DNA of 64,000 bases. Source: Macrostomum lignano. Lineage: Eukaryota. Of the stretch, positions 51,201 to 62,542 are shown one piece after another. The notes beneath the pieces are model-generated. The model did not search any database. It worked only from the letters and a program-made list of their open reading frames with translations, and was not told the DNA's origin. Numbering within the stretch: the stretch's first letter is position 1; the number at the start of each line of letters is the position of its first letter. Location of the stretch: the NCBI GenBank assembly GCA_002269645.1, contig NIVC01000038.1, positions 62,001 to 126,000 of the forward strand, given 5' to 3'. Made by a program: the position numbers and the translations under genes.

Positions 51201-51761
51201 TCTTTCTCTCATTTGATTATCTCTCTCACTTGTCAAATTTTTCCATCTTGCCCATCTTTCTAATCCTACCGACTTAATTTTACCTCAATCTTCATCCTGA
51301 ATTTATTCCCATAAAGTGACGAGTATTATATGCTAAGTTACTTGCTTCAACAAGCGCGAAAAATTCTGTTGAATTTCTGTTGACTAGACAATCACACAAT
51401 CTGTCATTCAGCAGAATTTTGTACCCTCGTTATGTTTTATTTTCATTGTCTATGCAGTCAGTCGTTACCGACACTAGAACACTACCGTAAACACTAGAAC
51501 GCCAACGTTTCAATCGCGTGCTATCTGGTAATTAATAAATAATTAGGTATTGTCACGTTTGACTTGACAAAATGGCAACTTCCTAAAAAGGTAGCTCATT
51601 TTGCAGTTTTTCTTGTAGAAGACATTTGCAGAAGTTTAGACCGTTTGCATGAATAACATGGGTTTAATAGGCTAGAAACTGGTTTTGGGACCTATTTAGC
51701 CTACTGCAAGTAGAAATAAAAGCAAAAAGCGATATATATATATTATACTATATTCCTCAAG

Positions 51762-51976
51762 GTAAATTCGAGACCTACGCTTGGCGTGACTTTCAATCGA
51801 CATCAAGATCAGCGTTTGACAGCCGCGTATTTCGGTTACGATTCTAATCATCTGTCAGCTTCATCAGCTGCTCAGCATCTGTTTAGCATTGTTTATAACT
51901 CATTTGGTCAACCGCTGTCGGTGGTTCCCAATGCTCAGAAGTCATTTTTTAGACCAGTGTACTTCAAGTATACAGA
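51762..51976 (+). CDS. TENM: Teneurin YD-shell exon
   Basis: (M)VNSRPTLGVTFNRH...IVYNSFGQP resembles RVNGRNLLSVDFDR...YDxxGxP; acceptor ttcctcaag|, donor ga|gtgagt. Confidence 0.8.
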
Positions 51977-52139
51977 GTGAGTCCATTTACATGCATCTGT
52001 ATATCTGCTTTATTATAGCTCTTTATGGTATTGACAGTGTCACTGAGTGAAATCACTCTGTAACTCGCTGCTCCTTTATAATATCGACCCTCTTTTTCGA
52101 TTACACGTCACTCCTAACAATCATATTGGTCACTTCAGA

Positions 52140-52362
52140 TGCTCACCCGTCACTCTTAATGATCACACATCACTCTTAATGACCACACGTCGCTCCTAAT
52201 GACCACACGTCACTCCTAATGACCACACGTCACTCCTAATGACCACACGTCACTCCTAATGACCACACGTCATCCCTAATGACCACACGTCACTTCTAAA
52301 GATCACAACGTCACTCTTAAAGATCACGAGTCACTCTTGATGATCACACGCCACTTCTAATG
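52140..52362. repeat. 20-bp minisatellite (gaccacacgtcactcctaat)
   Basis: Direct inspection. Confidence 0.9.
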
Positions 52363-52461
52363 ATGGGCTTTTTGTTTCTTGGAAGCCATCGACTATGAAA
52401 TTTTTTACGTGACTTATTCTAGCTCGTTAATGACCCAATACAATCCACTTGAAACTTGCAG

Positions 52462-52663
52462 TCGAAACCAGCTGTCTGAGATGCGCTGGGCCGACAAGCC
52501 TCGCACAGCCTCAGAGAGCACCGCTCGAGAGGGCTGGCTCCAGCGACAGTACGACAGCGCTGGGAGACTCGTGTCCGAGGCCAGGAACTTCTCGTCTGGA
52601 TCCGCGGCCAGCTCGGACGACTTGGCAGTGCATCGGTTCGGCTACTCGGACAATTCTTCTATG
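52462..52663 (+). CDS. TENM: Teneurin YD-shell exon
   Basis: YD repeat RQYDSAGRLVSE; acceptor acttgcag|, donor atg|gtaaat; phase 2-0. Confidence 0.8.
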
Positions 52664-53100
52664 GTAAATAGTGCATTGATTGAAGGTAGCATCTCTAGAG
52701 TTGAAGCTTTGGTTGTGGTTGTTTCTAATAAGAGCTATTCGAATCAAACGTCGTGTGATCTTTCGACAATGACGTGGGATCAATAAAGGTAACTTATGAT
52801 CATCAAGAGTGACTTGTGTGATTCACATGAGTGATATGCGACCATCAAGAGTGTATTAAAATCAATAACGACATTAAATTTCAATAAGACGATAAGAAGA
52901 TATTGTAGCCGCTCGCGAATTCTAACCAGGGGTCATTTATGCGACAATTACGCTCGTAGATAAGCTACCGCTCTGTATCTCAGCTTCCGTTATGCATAGA
53001 GAAGAGATTGATTTGGTGTGCATGGCTCACAATGTGTTTAGTAATTCAAATAGGAAAAAATATGAAACCAAAAGATCCATTTCTAATCAAAAACCCACAG

Positions 53101-55398
53101 CCCGGTCGCATCTCGGATCCAGCCGGTCAGACCTATCGATTCGAGCGCGACCCGTCAACAGGCGGTCTGGGCAGGCTTGTCACCCCGACTGGTACTATCA
53201 GGCTGCGAGCTCATTCTTCGCTGAGCTCAAACCGACTGCTCTACTGGCCCTGGCTTGGCACAGCCAGAGCTGCAGTCTTCCATTACAACGCAGACGAAGC
53301 ACTCGAGTCGGTGCTGTACCCCAGCAGACAGCGTCGACTAGTGCTGTCGTATCGGCAAGACGGCCGAATTTCCGAGCAAAATTCCTACGATGGCGAACGA
53401 TCGGACACTGGCATCAGGTTTGCCTACGACCTGGCGAGTAAACAGTTGGCTGTCGTGACTACCAAGCATTCTTCACCAGCCTGCAGTGTGACTCAGAAGC
53501 TTTCCTACGCTAGTCAGTTGCTGCCAGTTCAGGAGACCGTCGAGTTTGATGCCGCTTGCGGCTTAGCTTCGGTAATACATCGGCCTGTTTATCACGGGGA
53601 CCAACTGTTCACTGCTTCGATGTCGACCAGCATCGGTGGCCATACTGCAGTGTTGAACACTACTCGTCACCTGACTCGAGGCTACGTGACAAAACTCTGG
53701 GGCAGTGGACCTCGCGCGTACACCGTCACTCGGAGTGAGCACTTTATCGAGCTGAGCGATTCTATCAGCACGCTGAAGATCAGCTTCGACAGCCTGGGCA
53801 GACTAGTGGATACGATGCTTCACGTAGCTTCGGCAAGGGTGTTTGTCCTGTCGGTTCACGCCTATTCAGTAGGCAGGGTGCAGGAATTGGCCCATCGCAT
53901 CGGCAAGGACGATGACAATGTGTTCACTAACGTCATGTACGTCCGTGATCTGCGCTCTCGAGTGATCCGAGTAGATCGCAAAGTCCCAGGCGCCTCGGTC
54001 GACCGGGAGGAGTTCGAATACAAATCGAACGGTCGGTTTGCTAGCCGCGTCAGCCAAAATCGAACCTACTCTTACTCGTACGACTCCCGGGGCCTGCCAA
54101 CTTCTGTGGGCAAGGCTGAGTACATGTTTGACTCTGACGGATTTCTCGCTCGTCGCCGCGATCTTAAGTCGCTAGGAGCTCAGGAGAGCTTCAAGTTTGA
54201 CGCATCTGGAAAGCTGTTGACAGCGCAGTGCATTAACGGGGCTAGCGACTGCTACAGAATTCGCTACCTCTACGACGGTCGACAACGCTTAGTTGCACGT
54301 CAAGACATGCTGACGCCGACCCGTGATTTCCAGCTGCTTTACGCAGATCCGCTTCAGCCAAACCGGATAACGCACGTCTATTATCCTCGAAAGAAACAGT
54401 TGTTGGCTTTCACCTACGAAGATCGAGCTGGCCGTCTCGTGGCGGTGGATCTCCTGTCCAATAGTGCAGGTAGCAGCCAGCGATTCTACGTGGCCTGCGA
54501 TCGACTGGGCTCTCCATTGGCGGTGTTCAACTCCACAGGCGACAGTGTGCTTCGACAGGACTACAGCAACTCGGGCCGGTTGTTGAATCCATCGATTAAC
54601 CGACTACCGTTCCGATTTCCGTTTGGCTATCTGGGCGGACTGCACGACGCGGACACGGAGCTGGTCTGGCTGCCGAGTCGCTCGGACTCTCGGCTGCCGG
54701 TTCGAGTCTACGATCCCGTGTCTGGCCTGTGGGCGGCTCCGGACTATTCCGACCTCTTCCAGCGCCTGGCGAGGGCGCAGCAGTCGGCCAGCGCGAGTCC
54801 CCAACTGCTAGACCTCTACACATTCGATCCGTGGCAGGGCTCGGAGGACGATGTCTACAGTCCGAACACTGTCGGTCGGCCGGACTTCTGGTTGCGCGCC
54901 TTCAACTTGGACCTGCCTCACCTGCTGGCCGAGCCGGCATTGCGGTCCATACAAGCCGCGACTTCTAAACTGACGTCACCGCTGACGTCATTCTCCACAG
55001 GCGGTTCCGTCCTAGTCGAAGCCCTGGCAGCGCAGATGCGCGGGTTCAACCAAGGAGAAATTTCTCGGGGCTCATCTTCTACTAATTTTGATGAAAATTT
55101 TTTACAGCGAATAATTCTCAATGCCACTAAGAGAAACGCACTTCCTCACGGATACCTGGCCACTTGGCAGCCGGCGTCATCAATCGTCAATGTATTCAAC
55201 AGTGGAGCATCTGACTTCGACTCTGCCAGAGCTTCGGTGATAAATAACACCCGGTTGACTGGCTGCGCCACTCGACAGGACGACGACCGATGGCTTTGTC
55301 GGTTCCAGCGGGATGCTGCGCCAGCCGATGCAGGACCGCCAATACGACTGGAGGGCGAGTTGGAGACTTTTGAGGTGACTGGAAAAGGTGGTGCTTGA
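53101..55398 (+). CDS. TENM: Teneurin last coding exon: YD/RHS shell, RHS-core-like segment, partial ABD, stop
   Basis: Many YD repeats (YSYDSRG, RYLYDGRQRLV, CDRLGSPLAVFNSTG, FPFGYLGGLHD, VYDPVSGLW); acceptor aaacccacag|; TGA at 55396-55398. Confidence 0.93.
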   Translation, partial: PGRISDPAGQTYRFERDPSTGGLGRLVTPTGTIRLRAHSSLSSNRLLYWPWLGTARAAVFHYNADEALESVLYPSRQRRLVLSYRQDGRISEQNSYDGERSDTGIRFAYDLASKQLAVVTTKHSSPACSVTQKLSYASQLLPVQETVEFDAACGLASVIHRPVYHGDQLFTASMSTSIGGHTAVLNTTRHLTRGYVTKLWGSGPRAYTVTRSEHFIELSDSISTLKISFDSLGRLVDTMLHVASARVFVLSVHAYSVGRVQELAHRIGKDDDNVFTNVMYVRDLRSRVIRVDRKVPGASVDREEFEYKSNGRFASRVSQNRTYSYSYDSRGLPTSVGKAEYMFDSDGFLARRRDLKSLGAQESFKFDASGKLLTAQCINGASDCYRIRYLYDGRQRLVARQDMLTPTRDFQLLYADPLQPNRITHVYYPRKKQLLAFTYEDRAGRLVAVDLLSNSAGSSQRFYVACDRLGSPLAVFNSTGDSVLRQDYSNSGRLLNPSINRLPFRFPFGYLGGLHDADTELVWLPSRSDSRLPVRVYDPVSGLWAAPDYSDLFQRLARAQQSASASPQLLDLYTFDPWQGSEDDVYSPNTVGRPDFWLRAFNLDLPHLLAEPALRSIQAATSKLTSPLTSFSTGGSVLVEALAAQMRGFNQGEISRGSSSTNFDENFLQRIILNATKRNALPHGYLATWQPASSIVNVFNSGASDFDSARASVINNTRLTGCATRQDDDRWLCRFQRDAAPADAGPPIRLEGELETFEVTGKGGA

Positions 55399-57326
55399 AT
55401 GATTTTCCAACGATGATACTTCTTCCCACCCAGATGCATCTTAAAGAACCAATTTATTTGATGAAGCAAACCTAAAATGCCAATTGTCTTTCCTAATTAT
55501 GACATGCTTCGAAGCGCTACATGATTTTTAAACTAACATAAAAAATGAAGGATTGTGGCAAGCAATTGACCTTTGAAAATGAAGAAAGTCAAGTTGCTTA
55601 AACGATCTAAAAAACTGAATTTTCTTACAAGAAATTGAAGCTGAAACAGAAAAATATCTCTAATGTCTATATTCGTTTGTTTAAATGCGGCACTTTCATT
55701 ATAACAAAGCAACACCGGAAAATGAATGCATACAAATTGATTGCTTTTTACTTTAATTGAGCCTTCGAGACTCTAATTCTCGAAGTAAGAGTGCGATGGT
55801 GTCACGAGCTTCTAAAAAACTGCTACTTGTTCTTGTAAAATATTTTTTAAAGTCCAAAAGTTATATAATGTTATAAAATGCTGTGCTGATATAAGTTGAT
55901 GCAAGTTTCATTCTGAAACTGTATTGCGTATCGTGTTTGAAACGCAGAATTTTTGTTTAAATATGAGTTTTATGGCAAGTCCAGTTTACATGAATTTCCT
56001 GTAAAAATTGCATTAATCTAGCTTTAATATTGTTAAGCCAACATAAAAAACTATTGCTAATAAGTGTATTAGTCATTATATTTGCTCGTAATATTACGGT
56101 TTGTTCTGTCGATATTGCTGTCATTAACAAAATTTAATTGTGTCGCTATTCGAAAAATACATGTGCTGTGCTGAAAATCACTAAAGAGTCAAAGCTTTAC
56201 AGTTGCTTCAGATTCCACACATATTTGTTTCATCTGTTAAAATATTTGAAGTTTAAGTTTAAAACTATAATATAGAGCTTATAGACTGAAATCCAATTCT
56301 AAGCTATATTAGACTTACATTACTGACAGTAGTTAGTGACGAGTAGAGTGACCTACGTGTATAGATGCATGTCGGCGTGAACTGGTCAACAGACATGCGG
56401 AGGCTATGTGAAACTCGTAGTTGGTTTGAAGTGGCTGATGGTAGTGGGATAGGTTTGCGGCATGGATTGTCGGATGGTCTGGAATACAAGGCCAATTTGC
56501 ATCACCTGAATAAGCAAAGTTAAGATTCTAGTCTCAACCCTGCTCAGACACATAATATTGCAGCCAGCTTGTCTCATTGCTTTATTTTTCTACTCAGTCT
56601 ACTTACCACAAAAACAATAGCACTGTAGAAATTAGCTGTCGGATTAACAACACTCAGTGCATACGAAGTTCTCCAGTTTTTGTCTTCTTAACTGATAAGA
56701 GCAGAAGTTGGATAATTGTGTCGCAGACAGCACGATAAATGCATGCCTATTTATTTACTAAATATAGAAACATCAGCATCTGAGATGCTGTGCTCTGCAT
56801 TCTAATTCTCTATTTGAGCTCTGCTTACCGAGTTCGAGCTGTGTCCTACCAAACCTATTACTGCTAATAAACACTGTAATACTGTTAAAGCTGCGCTTCA
56901 CCGCGAACGACATCAAAACTATTTTAAAAATATTCCGGAATTGACGTACTGTGTAAGTGGAACCTGTAAATCTACAAAACGCATGGATTGCTTCATGGTT
57001 TAATAAAATTGTTGAAAGTTTTATCTTTTTTATCGAAAAAAATAAAAGGCTCAGGGTTCGTCTCTTCTCAGCTCTCCTCCCTCGCCTTAGTCTCCTCTCT
57101 CCTCTCTTTTCACTCCTCTCTCTCTCGTATCCTTCTCGCATCTCCTCTGTCCTCTCCTCTCATCTCTCCACTTCGGGTTCATCCCTCACCTTCGCACATT
57201 GAACTGTCTTGTATATTAAATGGGTAGTCAGTGTACGCTTTTAGGAATCGTTCGTTACGGAAAATAGCTAAACATTTTTTTCGAATTTTCAGTTACCGCA
57301 TCATCATAAGTTTAATATCGCCTCCA

Positions 57327-57417
57327 ATGCTGTCTTGGCCGTTTTTGCAGCACCTGCTATTGATGACTGTTGCATATCAGTCTGGTGCTGCATCAGTGTT
57401 GAGTGGATTGTCGGATG
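57327..57417 (+). CDS. crb: Crumbs-like gene exon 1: signal peptide
   Basis: MLSWPFLQHLLLMTVAYQSGAASVLSGLSD; donor g|gtgaga; phase 1 joins exon at 58893. Confidence 0.65.
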
Positions 57418-57589
57418 GTGAGAGCTTTCCTTATTATTAACTCGTGTGAAAGTAAAACTAAAAAAGCAAATTTGGTGGAGGCTTGGATAAGTAGGGGGGG
57501 GGGGAGGCAGGAGGGCTGTGGCTCCCCAGTCGCCTTTGGATAATGGTGGTTATCCAAAACAAAAACATGAGCACAGCTTTTGTTTGAGT

Positions 57590-58864
57590 AACTGACTGAC
57601 TGCCTGACTGACTGACTGACTGACTGACTGACTGACTGACTGCCTGCCTGACTGACTGACTGACTGACTGACTGACTGACTGACTGACTGCCTGACTGAC
57701 TGACTGACTGACTGACTGCCTGACTGACTGACTGACTGACTGACTGACTGACTGACTGACTGACTGACTGACTGACTGCCTGACTGACTGACTGACTGCC
57801 TGACTGACTGACTGACTGCCTGACTGACTGACTGACTGCCTGACTGACTGACTGACTGCCTGACTGACTGACTGACTGACTGACTGACTGACTGACTGCC
57901 TGACTGACTGACTGACTGCCTGACTGCCTGACTGACTGACTGACTGACTGACTGACTGACTGACTGACTGACTGACTGACTGACTGACTGACTGACTGAC
58001 TGACTGACTGACTGACTGACTGACTGACTGACTGACTGACTGACTGACTGACTGACTGACTGCCTGACTGACTGACTGCCTGACTGACTGACTGACTGCC
58101 TGACTGACTGACTGACTGACTGACTGACTGACTGACTGACTGACTGACTGACTGACTGACTGACTGACTGACTGACTGACTGACTGACTGACTGACTGAC
58201 TGACTGACTGACTGACTGACTGACTGACTGACTGACTGACTGACTGACTGACTGACTGACTGACTGACTGACTGACTGACTGACTGACTGACTGACTGAC
58301 TGACTGACTGACTGACTGACTGACTGACTGACTGACTGACTGACTGACTGACTGACTGACTGACTGACTGCCTGACTGACTGACTGACTGACTGACTGAC
58401 TGACTGACTGACTGACTGACTGACTGACTGACTGACTGACTGACTGACTGACTGACTGACTGACTGACTGACTGACTGACTGACTGACTGACTGACTGAC
58501 TGACTGACTGACTGACTGACTGACTGACTGACTGACTGACTGACTGACTGACTGACTGACTGACTGACTGACTGACTGACTGACTGACTGACTGACTGAC
58601 TGACTGCCTGACTGACTGCCTGACTGACTGACTGACTGACTGACTGACTGACTGACTGACTGACTGACTGACTGACTGACTGACTGACTGACTGACTGAC
58701 TGACTGACTGACTGACTGACTGACTGACTGACTGACTGACTGACTGACTGACTGACTGACTGACTGACTGACTGACTGACTGACTGACTGACTGACTGAC
58801 TGACTGACTGACTGACTGACTGACTGACTGACTGACTGACTGACTGACTGACTGACTGACTGAC
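57590..58864. repeat. (CTGA)n microsatellite filling Crumbs-like intron 1
   Basis: Direct inspection. Confidence 0.97.
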
Positions 58865-58892
58865 CAGTCGGAACCTGATTATTGATTTGCAG

Positions 58893-59181
58893 GGCTCAGC
58901 GATAGCGCGGAATCGTTGACGCGGTCGAGGCGAGCCGCCTGCAGCGAGGGCGACTGCAAGAATGGCGGCATTTGCTGGCCGGGTCCTGTGACGTCAAGCA
59001 CTCCTCCGTGTCTGTGTCCTGAGGCGTACACTGGTTCTTATTGCACCGGTAGAATAAACTTCTGTGCACTTTCGTACGGCAGCAATTCATCAAGCAGTCC
59101 CTGCCAGAACGGAGGCACCTGCAGCAGCACATACGGAAGACCCTGGTATCACTGCAGCTGCGTTCCCGGCTACACAAATGG
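58893..59181 (+). CDS. crb: Crumbs-like exon 2: RSRR furin-type site and two EGF repeats
   Basis: Acceptor tgatttgcag|; CSEGDCKNGGIC...CPEAYTGSYC and PCQNGGTC...CSCVPGYT. Donor phase does not match the next exon (see findings). Confidence 0.75.
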
Positions 59182-59469
59182 GTGACCTGCTGCAAATCAA
59201 AATTAGAAACTTCAAAAAATGTTTTAGAACTACTATTATCCGAAAAAAATTTGTAAAATTGTTGAGTTAGGCTGAACCAGATCAATTCAATTGAACAGCA
59301 TATCGGCTGTTTGTAATGTGGAAGTTTTTAAGAGAAAGTCTATTTTTTAAAATTTATAAATAATAATTTAACAAGATTATATCCCGAAATCTTACCTCGA
59401 CGTCTGTCTAACAAACAAATACAATCATTCCATACAATAAGACACCTAACAAAACTCGTACAGACTCTC

Positions 59470-59766
59470 GCAGATCCCGTCCATCATCTCAAAAATCCCA
59501 TCTTTAATCTCACAGAACCATTCAATCAGCTCACAGAACCCATCCATCATCTCACAGATTCCATCCATCATCTCACAGAACCCATCCATCATCTCACAGA
59601 TCCCATCCATCATCTTACAGATCCCATCCACCATCTTACAGATCCCATCCACCATCTCACAGATCCCATCCATCATCACACAGATCCCATCCATCATCAC
59701 ACAGAACCCATCCATCATCTCACAGATCCCATCCATCATCTCACAGATCCCATCCAAGATCTCACA
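59470..59766. repeat. 21-bp minisatellite (atcccatccatcatctcacag)
   Basis: Direct inspection. Confidence 0.9.
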
Positions 59767-60004
59767 GCCCCTTCAAAACAGATGAGTTATTTTCATTTTC
59801 CCTCCTCGTCATCTACATTGGTTTAAAAGTACATTTCGGCAAAGCTACGCGTAAAGCAATTCTCCGCATTGTAAAAAATAAGAATTGTCAACTGGTCAGT
59901 TGGTGTCAGGACACAAGCCAGTCAGGACGGCATTCACACAGAAATTCCTAAGCTGAAGTCTCTGATTATTTTTTCCTTCCTTTCGATTTTGCAATCTGCT
60001 GCAG

Positions 60005-60178
60005 GCACCGACTGCGAGATCAACATTGATGACTGCGCCAGCAAGCCCTGGCCCTACTTCAGACGTGAATGAGCTGCTGCTTCACCGGCTGGGAGGGCAG
60101 GAACTGCAACATCAACCACAACGACTGTCCGACGGGCGCCTGCCTCAATGGCGGCAGGTGCATTGATGGAAACGGCAC
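60005..60178 (+). CDS. crb: Crumbs-like EGF exon, internally disrupted
   Basis: GTDCEINIDDCASKP then a garbled stretch with an in-frame TGA, then CCFTGWEGRNCNINHNDCPTGACLNGGRCIDGNG in another frame; donor ac|gtgagc. Confidence 0.65.
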
Positions 60179-60199
60179 GTGAGCTTCTTGACTTGACTC

Positions 60200-60580
60200 A
60201 GCTGCAGGGGGCTCTGGGCATTCGCGGATGCAGCGGAGAGGCGTCGACGCCCATTCCGCTCACCTCTGGCGACCACGGGCAGCTGGTGCTGCGGTGTCGC
60301 GCAGGGAGATCTGCAGGATGGTAGCCAATAAGATAGCGGGCGATCTGGCAGAAATTCCCAGTCCTGAAAGCATCGAAAAAAATCGGGTTCTGGCCGAGGT
60401 AGGTGAGCCTGTCTTTTGTAAGGCCTGCATTCACAGATGAAGTGCTCCGCATTCTCAACACCGGAGATGCATAAAGGACTTTCCTCACTGGCAAATTTTT
60501 ATCTGGAGGTAGCAATGTCTGGCAAAGCAGTACTGGCATGAGAGGGCCATTGTTACCACCCTGATGTCCCTGCGGTTGAG
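60200..60580 (-). mobile_element. Degenerate 3' end of a non-LTR retrotransposon ORF2 (C-terminal CCHC-like region) in a Crumbs intron
   Basis: Minus-strand frames give RDIRVVTMAL..C.FARHC / ESPLCISGVENAEHFICEC / RLTYLG, resembling I/R1-group ORF2 ends (LTGH..L.RH...C..C...ET.EH..C.C....R...LG), with frameshifts. Confidence 0.5.
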
Positions 60581-61912
60581 TTCTTCAATTTTCGTTAGTA
60601 AAGTATCGAGATAGGTAGCTCGTACTTTCCTGTTTCGATTCTAAATTTTGCTCCTGTAGTGGCTACTTAAACTAATGTATTGTGGCGGCTAGCCTAAAGC
60701 TTTAGCCAAGGAACTCCTTGTACGAGTATTTAGCCCACGGGCACAGTCAAATATAAAGGCAACCTTTTTTCTTCAAGACTCGCAGTGCACTGCAAGTCGC
60801 TAATATATACAGTTCAATTACGACTCTGAAACCACAAAACCTTACTCCGAGTTTCATAATCGTCGTTTGTATGGTTAGGAAAATTTAACACCGATAACTG
60901 CCGATGGAAACACTCTGAGCAGCCGGACTAGAGTGCCGAGTTTTCTGCTTAAAGTTCAGATTCACCTGGTAGTGGCTTTCGGGGTTGGGTTCTTGTGGCT
61001 GAGGTATATTAGATTAGGTTTAATCATAAAGCTAATGATCTACGGATAGGAACTGTTAATGTTAGGAACTGGAAACTAGATTTTCGACTGTTTGTATTGA
61101 GCTTTAAAGCATTTTGTGCCTTTTCTAAAATTGTCAAAAAGCTGACACCAAAGCACGCGCTGCCATACAGCAGGGCTCTCACAGACACTGGCATTGTTTG
61201 CCTTGGCGGCAAGCTGTCGATCGCTCAAAGTGATTTATGATTTAAGAGCCCATGACGTGCTTTGGTTCTTGCAAGCAGGCATAAAGATTCTTGAGCATGC
61301 ACACGAGCCTCTGTAGGAAAAGCACAAATTAAGTAAGTTTCGCTGGGAATCGAACCCAGTGACCCACTGAAGGGAATGCAGATTCGCTGCTGAATGCTAT
61401 AAGGATTGGATGCTGAATTTGCATCGGGTACTGATGGTTCAGGCATCAGCTGAAGTCACATTAAAATATCTATAAAACTGCTGAAGATTTCCAGTGCTGT
61501 TGACCCAAAATTACTTCAAAAGTTTTTCATAGATAATTCTGATCGCCGTGTCTTATCATTTGAGAACAACCCAATCGGAAGACAAGTAATGATTGAGCTC
61601 AATGCACGTCACATCTTCAGAAAGGATTTTCCTTATTCTTAAAAAATCAAGGCAAAAAATTTTTTTCGAATTATATTTTGTCAAACATCCCTTAAAAGCA
61701 CCCTTGGCTCTGAGGACTCACAGAATCAATAATCAATTTATCTCCAACCGGCCATATTTTTGTTCTGTATGTGAGATGAAAAACAGAATTTTGTTTAAAA
61801 AGAGTTCCACTGACAAAAATCACAGCCTGATTGAAAACTTTGTCGCCGATTGTGTACCACTCAGATATCAAAAGCCGAACTATGCGGAATGAAATCAATT
61901 TCTTTTCTTCAG

Positions 61913-62472
61913 GTTCACCTGCGACTGCTCTCACGTCGACTTCCAAGGCGCCATCTGCAGCTACAAGATCGATGACTGCGTGTCGAGCCCGTGCCAGCAC
62001 GGCGGCAGGTGCACCGACGGTGTCAGAAACTACACCTGCGACTGCTCTCGCGTCGACTTCCAAGGCGACACCTGCAGCTCCAAGATCGATGACTGCGTGT
62101 CGAGTCCGTGCCAGCACGGCGGCAGGTGCATCATCGATGGTGTCAGAAACTACACCTGCAACTGCTCTGCCACCGACTTCTACGGATCGAACTGCCAGAG
62201 CCGCATTGACGACTGCGCCAGCAACCCGTGCAGCCACAACGCCACCTGCGTTGATGGGCACAGAGACTTCAGCTGCAGCTGCTTCAGCGGCTACTCAGGA
62301 AAGACCTGCTCCGATGACGTGCAGGACTGCTCGCCGAATCCGTGCCAGTTCGGTGGCGCCTGTCTGCAGCGCAGCAACCCGGCTCTGTATGGAAACTCAC
62401 CGCTGCCAGCGCCGTTCAACGGCAGCTTCAGCTACGCGCTGGCTGCCGGATTCGTCTGCCTCTGCCCACATG
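61913..62472 (+). CDS. crb: Crumbs-like Ca-binding EGF repeat exon
   Basis: Includes GACLQRSNPALYGNSPLPAPFNGSFSYALAAGFVCLC, the insertion-bearing EGF characteristic of Crumbs/CRB1 (C.ERSN..LY...FS...AxG(Y/F).C); acceptor tcttttcttcag|, donor g|gtgagg. Confidence 0.88.
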
Positions 62473-62542
62473 GTGAGGAGGTCCGGTATCATATTTACTG
62501 TGCAGATTCCAATCTAAAATAATTTTTATCTGACTGCTACAG

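Noticed and set aside
53101-55398. Bacterial RHS/YD toxin gene or recent horizontal transfer
   Set aside because: The YD repeats are the normal teneurin shell and splice in frame to the upstream EGF and NHL exons.
57535-57558. Hairpin tttggataa-tggtgg-ttatccaaa
   Set aside because: A single 9-bp stem with no matching terminal repeat or family evidence in the window.
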